A stretch of DNA of 64,000 bases, from positions 232,934,001 through 232,998,000 of the forward strand of contig OZ024742.1 of assembly GCA_964016885.1 (NCBI GenBank). The letters are read 5' to 3'. Both the position numbers and the translations under genes were made by a program. The DNA comes from Eledone cirrhosa. Its lineage: Eukaryota. Below are positions 39,501 to 53,900 of the stretch, piece after piece. Below the pieces are notes generated by a model. The model worked only from the letters and a program-made list of their open reading frames with translations. It had not been told where the DNA came from and did no database searches. Every line of letters begins with the position of its first letter. Positions within the stretch are counted from its first letter, which is position 1.

Positions 39501-42500
39501 TATGTTTTGGTATCAACTATAACTTCTCTGTTTTTAAATCTAATGTTCATGTCAGTTTGATTTCTCTCTCTCTCAGTACAAAGACAGATTTTCAGTGTTT
39601 TCTAATTATGAATAAACAAGAGGGCTTGCTTTGATAATGGGGAACGTAGTCTTGCTGTTTTAATAGAGAAGTTTTGACATTTACAAAAAGCTTGTCTTGT
39701 AGAATGTAATGTCTTTAAACCTAAGCTGACTCAATGACCTTGTAGTGGTTTATTGGCAGAAGGAGAAAAAGGTAACACTCATGAAATTTTTCAGGGCCCA
39801 CAAGATTGGTATGTGGAAGGTGGAGAAAAGAAAAGAAGAAACCACCACTGATGGTAAGCTGCAGTATGAAGCAGCACTTCATGATATACAGTCATCCTCA
39901 AACCAGACTATATACTTGAAACAAAAGAGGTAGTAATTAACAGGGAGACATATCATATCTACTTAATGTGGTGGTGTTAAACAGGGAGACATTATATCCC
40001 CCTCAGGTGGTGGTGTTAAACAGGGAGTCAGATTATATCTACTTAATGTGGTGGTGTTAAACAGGGAGTCAGATTATATCTACTTAATGTGGTGGTGTTA
40101 AACAGGGAGACAGATTATATCTACTTAATGTGGTGGTGTTAAATAGGGAGATAGATTATATCTACTTAATGTGGTGGTGTTAAATAGGGAGATAGATTAT
40201 ATCTACTTAATGTGGTGGTGTTAAACAGGGAGTCAGATTATATCTACTTAATGTGGTGGTGTTAAATAGGGAGATAGATTATATCTACCTCAGGTGGTGG
40301 TGTAAGCAGGGAGACATTAAGTCTACTAACCAAAAACAAGAACAGTTCACCAAGTTTCATTTACAAGACTTAGGGTGACCCAAGACTGGTAGAAGTTTCT
40401 CAAGGTGATACACAGTGGGCTCTTTAGAGTGGGTTTTGAACTCAGCATTGGAAGTTAATTACTGTATATGTAATTACTGAATGTGTAATTCACCATCATG
40501 TCAAGTTTCCTTGGACAACATTGATAATTATACTTTTCCACTTGTCCCTATCCAGCATAGCCTCCATGAGTTTGTTCCTTCTATGATTCGTGTCTTTACA
40601 AACCTGCTCCAGAAACTTGGCATGAGGCTGACCTCAATTCATAGTGGTAGATAAATCACAGAGCATTTTCGTGAATAGTATATTTTGGCTTCACTTTTGC
40701 TCATGTTGCTTTCCATAAAAACTATTTGCAATTTTTACTTGCGGTTGTGTTTAATTTATAAGAAAACATTTAACTAAAACGATCCCAATATAGCAATGTG
40801 TCCTTGCTCAATATGTAGAGAAGGAGTAGGCTACATCTATAAGATGTACACAATGTAAATCTTGGGTACACTAGAGATGTAGTGGGATAACAGGTAGACT
40901 AATATGAAAGGAAGACTTGGTATGTAAAAGATGCACAGAAGTAATTGAGAGGAAAAGCGTCAGTGATATAAACCTTTTCCAACCACAGGAAGGGTCTATA
41001 GAAGGGGTTGATAGCTTCTGATACCTAGGTGACCTAATTAGCAGCATTGGGAGGTGCGCTGAGAGCATAATAGCTAGAATAAGGATAGGATAGAAGAAGT
41101 TTAGAGAGCTACTCCCACTGTTGTCAACTAAAGGTTTCTGCCTATATACAAAAGGATGACTGCATCATGCCTGTGTGTGAAGTGTGATGCTGCACAGTAG
41201 TGAAACATGGGCAGTGACTGCAAACGACATGCAAAGGCTGAAGATAAATGGAGCAGAGTTTGGATGATCTGAGCAAGAAACTGGGTCCAGGAGGAATCCA
41301 AAGTGGTGTGCAAGAGAGAAGACTACATTAGTATGAACAAGTGATGTATATATGGATGATGATCACTGGATGAAGAAGTGCCAGGAAATCTCAGTGGAAG
41401 GAAGCCATAGTAAGGGAAGACCAAGAAAAACTTGGGCAGAGGTTGTGTCAGCTGATATCATATCACTGAGACTGACGGAGATGATGAAGGAATGTAGGCA
41501 AGTGGAGAGATGGTGTGCTGAAAAGGACTTGTCTAACCTATGCAGGTGTGGAAAAACGGACGTAAAAATGACGATGATGATGGTGATCTTAATGATGCTG
41601 AAGTCCATTCAATGGGTTTTCACAGTTTATGTTTATCCAGTTTTACTTACAAGGTTTGAGTCAACCTGAGGCTACTGTAAAACAAACATTTTAATTACTC
41701 CATCATGCTTATACATACATGCATATATACTCACAATCATATAAACACCAGTCTTTAAAAGAATAGAAATAAGGTCACAGAAATTCTGTCAAGTTATAAT
41801 CCACACTTACAAACACTAATATATAAACATGTATGTCAGGTGGTGACTTGGTAAAGTCATTAAATAGATCATTAAATACATTGGATAGAATGCTTTACAG
41901 TATTTGTTCTGGTTCTCTGCCAAGGTCAATAAAAAAATAGTACTAATCTAGTACTGGAGTTAATTCTTCCTCTTTATTTCTTTTTCACTTCCTCTTTCTC
42001 TGGAAGAAATCAGCTTAAAATGCTTAAGATAAACTGTATGTCACTATGGTGCCCCTATGACTACATCAAGCATTACAGGTTCATACATATATTATTAAAT
42101 GTTTCCAAAATTAGATATCCAGTCACAAACCCCAGTAAACATGATGATAACTGAACTCTTCCTCAACCACCAACACCATCATCCTCATCACCAACATAAT
42201 AGTATTTTATTACTCGACAATTTTTTTTTTTAAAGAATGTGGAAAATGTCAAATTGCAATGTTAGTAGAACATTCAAGATTTAAACTATTCTAATTCTTC
42301 ATCTTTTTCATGCTGTTATTGTTGTTTAGTGATATAAAAAAAAAAGGAAAATATTTTCAAATATAAAAATGTTGAGAGGGACGTTCAGATTCAAAATATG
42401 TGTCAGTTATATGTGATATGATATTATTATATGACATATGAGAAAATTGGGGCATGTAGGCATGTAATAACAGATTGGTGGTTGTTGCTACCACTCTCAT

Positions 42501-45500
42501 TTCATTTGTTTTATACATCATCATCATCATCATCCCTACCATTTAAGGTCCATTTTTCTATGCTAGCATGGGTTAGACGAGTTATACTGTTGTGAGACAA
42601 ACCAGATCAGATGAACATATCTTGCTCATACAGAACTGATTTTGGCTTTGGATGCCCTTCCTAATGCCAACCACATTTACAGTGTGGACTGAGTGCTTTT
42701 TGCTGTGATTCCTACACGACCACTTTACAGTGTGGACTGAGTGCTTTTTGCTGTGATTCCTACACGACCACTTTACAGTGTGGACTGAGTGCTTTTTGCC
42801 GTGATTCCTACACAACCACTTTACAGTGTGGACTGAGTGCTTTTTGCTGTGATTCCTACACGACCACTTTACAGTGTGGACTGGGTGCTTTTTGCCGTGA
42901 TTCCTACACGATCACTTTACAGTGTGGACTGGGTGCTTTTTGCTGTGATTCCTACATGACCACTTTACAGTGTGGACTGGGTGCTTTTTGCTGTGATTCC
43001 TACATGACCACATTACAGTGTGGACTGGGTGCTTTTTGCCGTGATTCCTACACGATCACTTTACAGTGTGGACTGGGTGCTTTTTGCTGTGATTCCTACA
43101 TGACCACTTTACAGTGTGGACTGAGTGCTTTTTGCCGTGATTCCTACACGACCACTTTAGAGTGTGGACTGAGTGCTTTTTGTCGTGATTCCTACACGAC
43201 CACTTTACAGTGTGGACTGGGTGCTTTTTGCCGTGATTCCTACACGACCACTTTACAGTGTGGACTGGGTGCTTTTTGCTGTGATACTTACACGACCACT
43301 TTAGAGTGTGTACTGGGTTCTTTTTGTTGTGACACCTACATGACCACATTACAGTGTGGACTGGGTGCTTTTTGTCGTGGCACCAAAGGTTTCTAATTTA
43401 TGCAATGGCCAGCACTCTAGGGAAAGGGGAAAATTGATTAAATCAACCCCAGTACTTGATTGATACTTTATTTTATTGATCTTGGAAGGATGAAAGGCAA
43501 AATTGACCAAAGCAGGATTTGAACTAAAAAAAAGAACCAAAACAAATACTGCTAAGCACTCTACAAGGACTGTCAACCCACCACCCTCAGTTGTTTTACA
43601 TAATAACAATACCCAGTTCATGATTTTGTTTCTATTTTCTAATTCTGGTTATTTCATCAATCTACAATGAGATGACTTCTTGTACAACAGCTATGAAACC
43701 TGAACATCAGTCATTGAAAAGAGACCCTATAAACATTTTGCAGCAGGAATTTAATAACCTAATCTTATTAAGAAGAACCAAATTGTAAGCAAACCAACCT
43801 ATACACTGATTTACACCCATTAAACTTCATATATATAACTAAGACTGAGCATGCCTCAACTAGAACATAAACAAAACTATGATATCCATGAACACAAGCA
43901 AATGCAAATTATAATCCTACATTCAACCCTACCGACAAATCCCTTTCAGCCTAACAACCAACCTACTCCGATTACTGGTATGTGTTTGATTGACATCACC
44001 AGGCTACAGCTGTTGTATTACACAGTTTTTATATTCCCCTGCATCAACTACAACTTAATTACATAAATGGCATAGTACTCACAAATAATCAGTCAATCCC
44101 CAGAAACTACCACTGATCCATACCCCCAACAAACCTGACCTGGTATAGAGACACACATGGAAGCAAACCTCAGGCTCATCTACCAGAACTTGAATTGACC
44201 CAACCAAGACCCTGCAATCACCCATTAATCCAATCCAAAACATATGTTTATTGAACTGATAAATTTGAAAAGAATGAATGAAGTGAAGCTATAAGCTCAG
44301 CAATATATAAGTGGAATTTTACTATTTGCTATGACTTTAATGGTGTTCTCACATATTTTACAGTCAAAATTGCATCATAACAGCTGTATTTTATTTTTAG
44401 AGCTAGAAAATATTTCAACTAAAACAGGTTCACATCCTATACAGAGTTCAAATACTCCATAAATTTCAATAATGTTTAGAAATTTGGACAGTGCTCACCA
44501 CAGCTAATATATGAGAAAAACAGTCTGTATGATTGGTTAGCATTCAAACTACAATTCTTTCCAACCATTCTCTATATACTGACAAGTTATATCCCCTCTC
44601 TGCCTAATTTACAGTTACTATAACACCACATCATCCATTGGCCTATCTTCTTTTACTCTTGTATTAAACTCTCTGCTGAACCTATTTTCCTAACAAATAG
44701 TTTTTACATAACCACCACCACGTTACTCTATAGGCAGGAGGAGAGTAACGTGGTGGTGGAACAGTAAGCTGGAGGAGTCAATTAAGGCCAAAAAGCAGGC
44801 TTGGAAAGTATGGCGGGATGGGGGAAGTAGAGAAGACTATCAAGTGGCCAGGAGGAAAGCTAGGAGACAAGTATACTTCGCAAGAAGGGAAGCAGAGGAA
44901 AGAAAGTTCAAGCATGTTCTACAACGCAAGGACCAAAAACGTGAGGTGTTCAGGATTTCTAGGCAATGTGTCAAGGAAAACCGTGATATTGTCGGGGAGA
45001 AGTGTGTCCTTAATGATGATGGCGTACTTGCCATTCACTGCCGCTGATAAGAAGGTAGCTTGGAAGTGTCACTACGAAAGGCTACTAAATGAGGAGAATA
45101 AATGGGAGAAGGATAGTCTCCCCCAGATCGATCCAATAGAGGGACCAGCAGTGTTAGTCGAAGGTAGTATAATAAGTAAGGCAATCAAAGATATGAAGAC
45201 GGGTAAGGCGGCTGCGCCTTCGGAAATAGTTGCTGAAATGCTGAAAGCTTCTGGAACGGTGGGACACACCATGGTCACCCGGATAGTAAACCAAGTCGTA
45301 CAGAATGGGGTTGTTCCGAAGGACTGGCGTAGCAGCATCATCATCATTAACTGCTACAAGGGTAAAGGAGATGCCCTCAATAGGGGAAACTATAGAGGCA
45401 TTAAATTAATTGACCAGGTCATGAAGGTCACAGAAAAAGTAATAGCGCAACTAATCAGAGAGCGAATTGATCTAGATGAAATGCAGTTCGGGTTTGTGTC

Positions 45501-48500
45501 AGGTAAAAGTACCACAGACGCTCTTTTCATTGTACGAAAACTACAGGAGAAGTACCTAGCTAAAAGTAAACCCCTATACTTAGCTTTTGTCGACTTGGAG
45601 AAAGCCTTTGACAGAGTCCCCCGTTCAATTATCTGGTGGGCTCTTAGAAAACTAGGTATTAACGAATGGCTTGTGAGAGCTATACAAGCCATGTATAAAG
45701 AAACAGTCAGCAAAGTTAGAATTAACAACGAATATAGTGAAGAGTTTAGCGTAAAAGTTGGTGTTCATCAGGGCTCCGTTCTTAGCCCCCTACTATTTAT
45801 TATTGCCCTTCAGGCTATAACAGTGGAGTTCAAGACCGGCTGCCCATGGGAACTCCTATATGCAGATGATCTAACGCTCATAGCTGAATCAATGGCTGAA
45901 CTAGAGAAGAAAATCCAAACATGGAAGCATGGCCTAGAATCAAAAGGCCTTAAAATTAACCTGTCTAAGACTAAAGTTCTAGTTTGTAGGAAGGAAAATA
46001 GGGCACCGGTCCCATCCGGGAAATAGCCATGCTCAGTGTGTAAGAAAGGAGTAGGTAGAAACTCCATTTTATGTCCCAAATGCAAAGTATGGGTGCATAA
46101 AAGATGTAGTGGGATCACAGGTAAGCTAACTAAGAACATAGATTTTATATGTGGCCGGTGCTCTGGTGCAATAAGTAGCAGCAAGTGCCCACAGAATACT
46201 AGCTCATTCCATTGCACAGATGGTTCTATAGAAATAGTGGACACCTTCCGTTACTTGGGTGACAAAATCAGCAGTGGTGGAGGGTGCTCTGAAAGTACAG
46301 TAGCTAGAGTCAGAACTGGATGGAAAAAGTTCAGAGAGCTTATACCACTATTAGCCGCTAAAGGGTTCTCTCTAAAAATGAAAGGCAGGCTGTATGATGC
46401 CTGCATACGAACAGCAATGTTACATGTCAGTGAGACCTGGGCATTGTGTGCAGAGGATATACGCAGACTGGAGAGGAACGAAGCTTGCATGCTCCGCTGG
46501 ATGTGTAATAGTAATATACGTGAACGGCAAAGCATAAACGAACTAAGGGAAAAATTAGAAATAAGAGGGATTAGATGTTGTTTACTCGAGAGAAGACTAT
46601 GTTGGTATGGTCACGTGATGCGCATGAAAGACGACAGCTGTATAAAAAAGTGCAGGGCAATAAAAATAGACGGTAGCCACAGAGTAGGCAGACCCAGAAA
46701 AACCTGGGACGACTTGATAAATTCTGACCTCACACACTTACACCTCTCCAAGACAATGTCAGTGGACTGAGATCTTTGGCGCTAGACAGTAATACAGAAG
46801 ACCCGCCTTACCTAAGTATAAAGTGAAACCTACTACAGTCAGTAGGCACCTCTAACAAAAATACACCCCCGTCCCACTACCCCCACCCCTTTTAATGTAA
46901 AGTTATGTTGGTACCACACCATCCAGTCCGAAACAAATGAGGTCGTGTAGGTGTCACGACAAAAAAACACACAGTCCACGCTGTAATGTGGCTGTGTAGG
47001 TAACACGGTAAAAACCTCCCAGTCCACACTGTAAACGTGGTTGGTGTTAGGAAGGGCATCCAGCCGTAGAAAACCGCCAGACAGTCCTATACGAGCAAGA
47101 CAACCATTCTTGCCTCAAGTGGGAAAACTCCCGTCCAAACCCATGCAAGCGTGGAAGATGGACGTTAAACGATGATGATGATGATGATGATGATGATGAT
47201 AACCAACATTATGTCAAAGTCTTACAATGCTTTATTGTGGAACAACTTTATGGGGTATAATTACTGAAGTTTTTATATCTCCCAATTGATATTCAATTTC
47301 TAACAATTCTTAGACAACAAGAATTTTATTATCTTTAGTGGTTTTTATGAAGATTGTTATTTTTCCAAAGGTTTAATCAAATGTTTTTGACACTTAAAAT
47401 GAAAACTATAAGTATTACTTTATATTCAAATTCATATTAATCTTTAAAGTAAATAAAATTCTGATGTATACTTATTTATATGTACCCAGTACATTGAAAA
47501 GTGGTTGGTAACAAGCCTAATAATTACTCATAAAAAATATATATAAAATAAAAAATCTCTTAAATTCTTGATATAGTGGGCTTGTGATGATATAATGTAG
47601 AAACTGATATCATTTTGCCAAGCCTACTAATACAAAATATATTAAAAAAAAAGAAATAGGTTGAGATTTTTGACTTACCGAGCCTGTGAAGGGATAATGT
47701 TGTAGATACGATATCTTGAGCCTTCTGCCAACATATTTATAAGATCTTCTGTTGGTTTCCATATGGTCAAAATTGTGTCTAAATATACAGTCATAACAGA
47801 TAATATATTTACTGATATGAAATGTTGCAACAATGCAGGATTAAGATTTCATAATGATGTGTATCTCATACAGGCAGTGGACTGGCAGAATCGTTAAAGT
47901 ATCCAACTATCAGACAAAATGCTTGCAGTATTTAGTTATAATATTTTGCATTCTGTCTTCAAATCTTGCTTTTCATCCTTCTGGCATTGATAAGATCAAA
48001 TGACATTAGCAAACATTAATCATGTCTGGTTCATGAATAACCAAACAAAATGCATCCAAGATGTGAATGGAATCTTAACGAAAGACCAGGACATTAGTTT
48101 AGTACAAAGGTTCTCAACGGGGGACGTTTTGGAGCAAGGGGGCATTGGGGGAGGGGGCGTTTGAAGCTTTGGGGGATGCTGTAAGACTATTTACTTAGGT
48201 AAATTTTATAAGTCATATTTGTACGTCTCTGAGACAGCCAGTATTTGAAAGAAGAAAATGAAGAAAATAGATAAAAGAAGCTTGTCAACGAATTCCTTAG
48301 GGAGATAAAAGAAAAACAAAAGAAATCAAAGAAAATGAAAATAAGGACAACTTTGACAACAGTTACAAGAACAACAGAAGCAATGGTGATGAAAGGTGTG
48401 GGTGTATACATATACATACATATGAACATACACACACATGCATACGTACATACATACACACACAGGCCTGCGTTAGTGTTTGATGAGGTTGAGAATCTGG

Positions 48501-50895
48501 TCAGCTTTCAGCCAGAGCTGTCGTATTTAATCTCCCTAGGAAATAAAATCTGGAGTCAAAATTCTTTCCTTACCAAAAAAAAAACATAAATCATGTCAAC
48601 ATCCTTACACACTTAAATATAAATGCATGTATATATACAAATGTATAAATGCATAGCTATATACATAGGTAAATGTATGTAGATTTATATATATATATAT
48701 TATACACACACATATATATAACACGGTAAAAACCTCCCAGCCCCACACTGTAAATGTGGTTGGTGTTAGGAAGGGCATCCAGCTGTAGAAAACCCGCCAG
48801 ACAGTCCACGCTGTAATGTGGCCGTGTAGGCAACACGGTAAAAACCTCCCAGCCCCACACTGTAAATGTGGTTGGTGTTAGGAAGGGCATCCAACTGTAG
48901 AAAACCCGCCAGACAGTCCTATGCGAGCAAGACAACCACTCTTGCCTCAAGTGGGAAAACCCCCGTCCAAACCCATGCAAGCGTGGAACACGGACGCTAA
49001 ACCTGATGATGATGATGATGATGATATATATTTTTTCTTTTTTCAGTCTGGTCTACCTCAATGTAATCTTGTAAAATCCATAGAGAGGTTCTGTGTTTCG
49101 CTGCATAAATTCTTTAGATACAGAGTCAGATATTAGGTATTAAATTAACAATAAAAATAAAAACAAAGTTATAAAGTAACTTAACTTTTTTCTTTTTATT
49201 TTCATTGTTAATTTGATAACACACACACACATATATACATATATATATATATATGCGCAGTGTGACAAGAAGCTTGCTTCCCAACCACATGTTTCTGGGT
49301 TCAGTCTCACTGCCTGGCCCGACCAAAGACCTGTGAGGATTTGATAGACCGAAACTAAAAGAAGCGCGTTGTATATGTATATATGTATATATATCTGTGT
49401 GTGTATTTGCGTTTGTGTTTGCCCTCCCACCAATGCTTGTTGGTTTGTTGACGTCCCCATAACTTACCAAGGTGATGCTCCAGCATGGACGTTGTCCAAA
49501 GACAGAAAAAAACTAAAGTATATATATATGTGTGTCTGTGTGTGTGTAGAAGAGGGGTCTCAAACTGAAGGACATAAAAGGGCCATTACGTCCTGGAGGA
49601 GAGACACAGTGGGCCAAACGTGGTGGTGGGTGATGATTTTCACCAGTTATAATCATTTCTACTATAGGCACAAGGCATAAAATTTAGAGTTTAGGGTCCC
49701 GTCTATTACATCGATCCCAGTTCACAACTGGTACTTAATTTATCGACCCCAAAAGGATGAAAGGCAAAGTTGAGAACGGCGGAATTTGAACTCGGAATGT
49801 AAAAACGGAAGAAATACAGCTAAACATTTCGCCAGATGTGCTAACGATTCCACCAGCTCACCGCCTTATTTTCACCAGTTATAATGGAATCTGAAATATT
49901 GGTTCTACCATGGGCCATAGAAAAGTAGTTCGCGGGCCGCAAGTTTGAACCCCCTGTTGGAGAGATAGATAGATAGATAGACGTGTACCAAACACACACA
50001 CACATTTCTTACTCTCTCTATATATATATGTATATATATATATATGTATATATATGTATATATATATATATATATGTATATATATGTATATATATATGTA
50101 TATATATATATGTATATATATATATATGTATATATATATATTATATATATGTACTCTCTCTATATATATATATATGATAGGAATTCACTTCGCCAAATTT
50201 CATTGCTTGCTGTGTACCCTCGATATACATGTATACGTAATGTACGGATTTCATTTCTCTCCCTCCACAAATCTTAATTCTAGCGTATTTTCAAAACAAT
50301 CCATATTTCGTATCAAGTCCAAATAGCCAATCTATCGCTAAAACAAACTACATTTTCTGTTTCTATTAATTGTTAAATACGAAAGTTTTTGGGCGTATTT
50401 AACAGAACAAATTTTGTATTTTTGTTAATCGCTTGTTAAATGCAAGGACCCCATTCAATCATTACCTTTTTGCATGTATACGTAATGTACGGATTTCATT
50501 TCTCTCCCTCCACAAATCTTAATTCTAGCGTATTTTCAAAACAATCCATATTTCGTATCAAGTCCAAATAGCCAATCTATCGCTAAAACAAACTACATTT
50601 TCTGTTTCTATTAATTGTTAAATACGAAAGTTTTTGGGCGTATTTAACAGAACAAATTTTGTATTTTTGTTAATCGCTTGTTAAATGCAAGGACCCCATT
50701 CAATCATTACCTTCTTGCTAGCTATTTTCAAACCTTAATTCCTAACGTATTTTCAAACCTCAATCCCTAATTCTAGCGTATCTTCAAAACAAAAAAAAAA
50801 CAAAATCCTTTCCTTCTTCCTTCTTCGAAGGCACGGGGCGGTCAAACGCCTAACACACACAGCCATCATGTGGCCACCCCCCCTCTCTCTCTCTC

Positions 50896-50941
<46 letters not shown>

Positions 50942-53900
50942 ATAGGAATTCACTTCGCCAAATTTCATTGCTTGCTGTGTACCCTCGATATACATGTATA
51001 CGTAATGTACGGATTTCATTTCTCTCCCTCCACAAATCTTAATTCTAGCGTATTTTCAAAACAATCCATATTTCGTATCAAGTCCAAATAGCCAATCTAT
51101 CGCTAAAACAAACTACATTTTCTGTTTCTATTAATTGTTAAATACCCAATATCCCTCCCTCCCACCCCCACGCACCACCATGGCTATTACGTGGACCAAT
51201 CATAAAACAGAGCCCCCACGCATCACCAGTATTATTACGCGGACCAATCAGAAACCAGAGGCCTATACTATCGCTTGCCTGGTTGCCTTTCGATATATGA
51301 TGGATGGATGGACTGCGGAATCCTGGAGAGTGGAGGTGAGAGAGAGAAAAATCTGGACGCTCAGCGACAATGCCAAAGATAAAGACAAATTCACCTCTTG
51401 GACGAGAATGCGAGCACTCCTCATTGTTTCGACCGCGGACGGCTAACATAACCCCATCGCCCCCCGCCCCCCACTCCCAAACGCAATCCAAAACTTCAGA
51501 GTTGGTACCATAAATGTAGGCACCCTAAAGGGTCGCGCTAACGAGGTTGTAGAAATGCTTGAACGTAAGGAGGTCGATGTTTGTTGTATTCAAGAGACCA
51601 GGTGGAGGGGTGGGTCTGCTAGGTTCATTGAGGGTAAAAAACGATGTTATAAGCTTTTCTGGGTGGGAAACGACGATGGGCTGGGTGGAGTAGGAATCAT
51701 GGTAGCAGAAAAGTGGGCAGATAAGATAATAGACGTAAATAGAGTGAACGACAGAATAATTAAAATACGACTTGTCCTCAATAGAACTACGGTGACAGTA
51801 ATATCTGCGTACGCACCCCAATCCGGACTGCCCGGCACTATAAAAGACAGATTCTATGAGACACTGATGCTAACTACCTCCCAAATATCCGACAGTGACT
51901 ATATAATTATCGCAGGCGACCTAAATGGTCACGTTGGACAACATTGTGACGGCTACGACGAAATCCATGGAGGCTATGGGTTTGGTACTAGAAATGAGGA
52001 AGGCTCCAGAATCCTGGAATTCTGTGATGCAAATAACCTAACTATCTGTAACACTAACTTCAAAAAACGTGACAATCACCTGATCACCTATAGATCCGGG
52101 GAACACACAAGCCAGGTAGATTATATCCTTACCAGAAGACGTGACAGAGTGTCTGTTGTAAACACTAAATCCCTCCCCCATGAAGAATGCACCTCCCAAC
52201 ATAGACTGATAATTAGCGACCTCATAGTCAGGACGAGACGTACTCGACAACAGAAGAGGACTATCCTCAGGAGGAAAATATGGAAGCTAAAGGACCCCAC
52301 AGCCAGGAATAAATTTCAAAGCATATTACTTGATGCTTTCGACAGTAAGGAAGAACATTTAGAGTCGGACAATATAGAGGGAGAGTGGGAATTTCATAAA
52401 AAGCATAAAAAGCATAAACGAACTAAGGAAAAAATTAGAGATAAGAGGGATCAGATGTTGTTTACTCGAGAGAAGGCTACGTTGGTATGGACACGTGATG
52501 CGCATGAAAGTCGATAGCTGTATAACAAAGTGCAGGGCAATAAAGATAGACGGTAGTCACGGAATAGGCAGACCTAGAAAAACCTGGGACGAGCTGATAA
52601 ACTCCGACATCACACACTTACACCTCTCCAAGACAATGTCACTGGACCGAGATCTTTGGCGGTACTCAGTAACAGAGAAGACCCGCCTTACCTAAATATA
52701 TAGTAAAACCTACTCCTGCCAGTAGGCATCTCTAACAAAATACACCCATGCAAGCGTGGAACACGGACGTTAAACGTTGATGATGATGATGATGATGACT
52801 TGAGGGCGGTTGACCGGGCTGGTAGCTGCTAAATGGTCAGCCGCCCTCATGTCTCTGATTTTCAGCACTATGGATTTTGTCTATTATATTTCTTTGTTAT
52901 ATTTCGAATACCTGATGATGTCACCGGATTCATACTGAACCCGGTCATTGAAATGATCATAGTATAATAAACCTGTAGTTAGAGTTGCCTCCCTTGTTAT
53001 GATGTCAAGTCAAAGATTGCCTTTGCTAAGGGATAGTTGGACTGCAGCCTCCGAACTGATAACATCTTCCTAGGGACCCCCCATCAAAGGGCCTAGGGAT
53101 GGACATGCATTCCGATCCTTTCTTACTGCTGTTTGCTAACATATAGCTCCAGGTATGAACTAACATTTATGCACACACCAATCCATCAATAAAACAATTG
53201 TTACATTGATAAGCTCTGTTGTTTTTACTCTGATACAAATGCATACACTACCAATAACTTCCAGTGAATTCAATGGAGTCATAACATATAAAAAATAGAA
53301 GATATTCCCATCGGACATTGACTAGCTATCCTTCTATACCTGATGAACATATCTTCTAAAGTGGTGACCTCCGACGATAAATCAAGAAAACGCAGCCTAT
53401 TTAATTTCGCCATTCGCTTTAATGGTAACATCGAATGACTTATTAAACTGTTGATTCGCGCAGACAAATAAAACGAACACATAGACACACATTGAACCTT
53501 TCGTTTGGACAAACTTTTTCTCACCTACGTGACGCTATTTCGGACAACAACAAAAAAAAAATTCCTCTAACAACATTCGACATGGAGTTTTTCTTCGACA
53601 CTGTCTACAACAAAAAATAGAAGTAATCTTTTTCTCAGCAGCAAACAAACAATAAAAGATTTTGCTCTTCACCTCACGTCGCGTTTTTTTTTCGGACAAA
53701 AGAATCCTCCCAGCAACTTTGGACATCTCCAACTAATCCATAAATTCTCTCCGAAACAAACAAACACCAAACTCAATTGTTTACATCGTTTAAACGTGTT
53801 TCACTCACTGGATATATCCTTCATTCTTCTCACAACGAACACTCAAAAAAGACTTGGACTCCTGTATTCTTATATTCAACATGTCAATTTTGATGAACAT

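Noticed and set aside
39938-43396. Regular 41 bp and 45 bp arrays as CRISPR-like arrays or repeat proteins
   Set aside because: Head-to-tail units with no unique spacers, eukaryotic intron context; the ORFs are by-products of the 45 bp period.
51399-51455. HDV-like ribozyme in the RTE 5' region (CTCCTC ... GGCTAA)
   Set aside because: P1 only partly pairs and I could not build P1.1 or P2; needs a descriptor search.
53335-53400. CTGATGA in both direct repeats (also near 55356) as further hammerheads
   Set aside because: No stem II, GAAA-stem III-NUH or stem I complement follows.
53279-53732. Short basic ORFs as histone-like genes
   Set aside because: No histone-fold motifs; poly-A/T runs indicate non-coding sequence.
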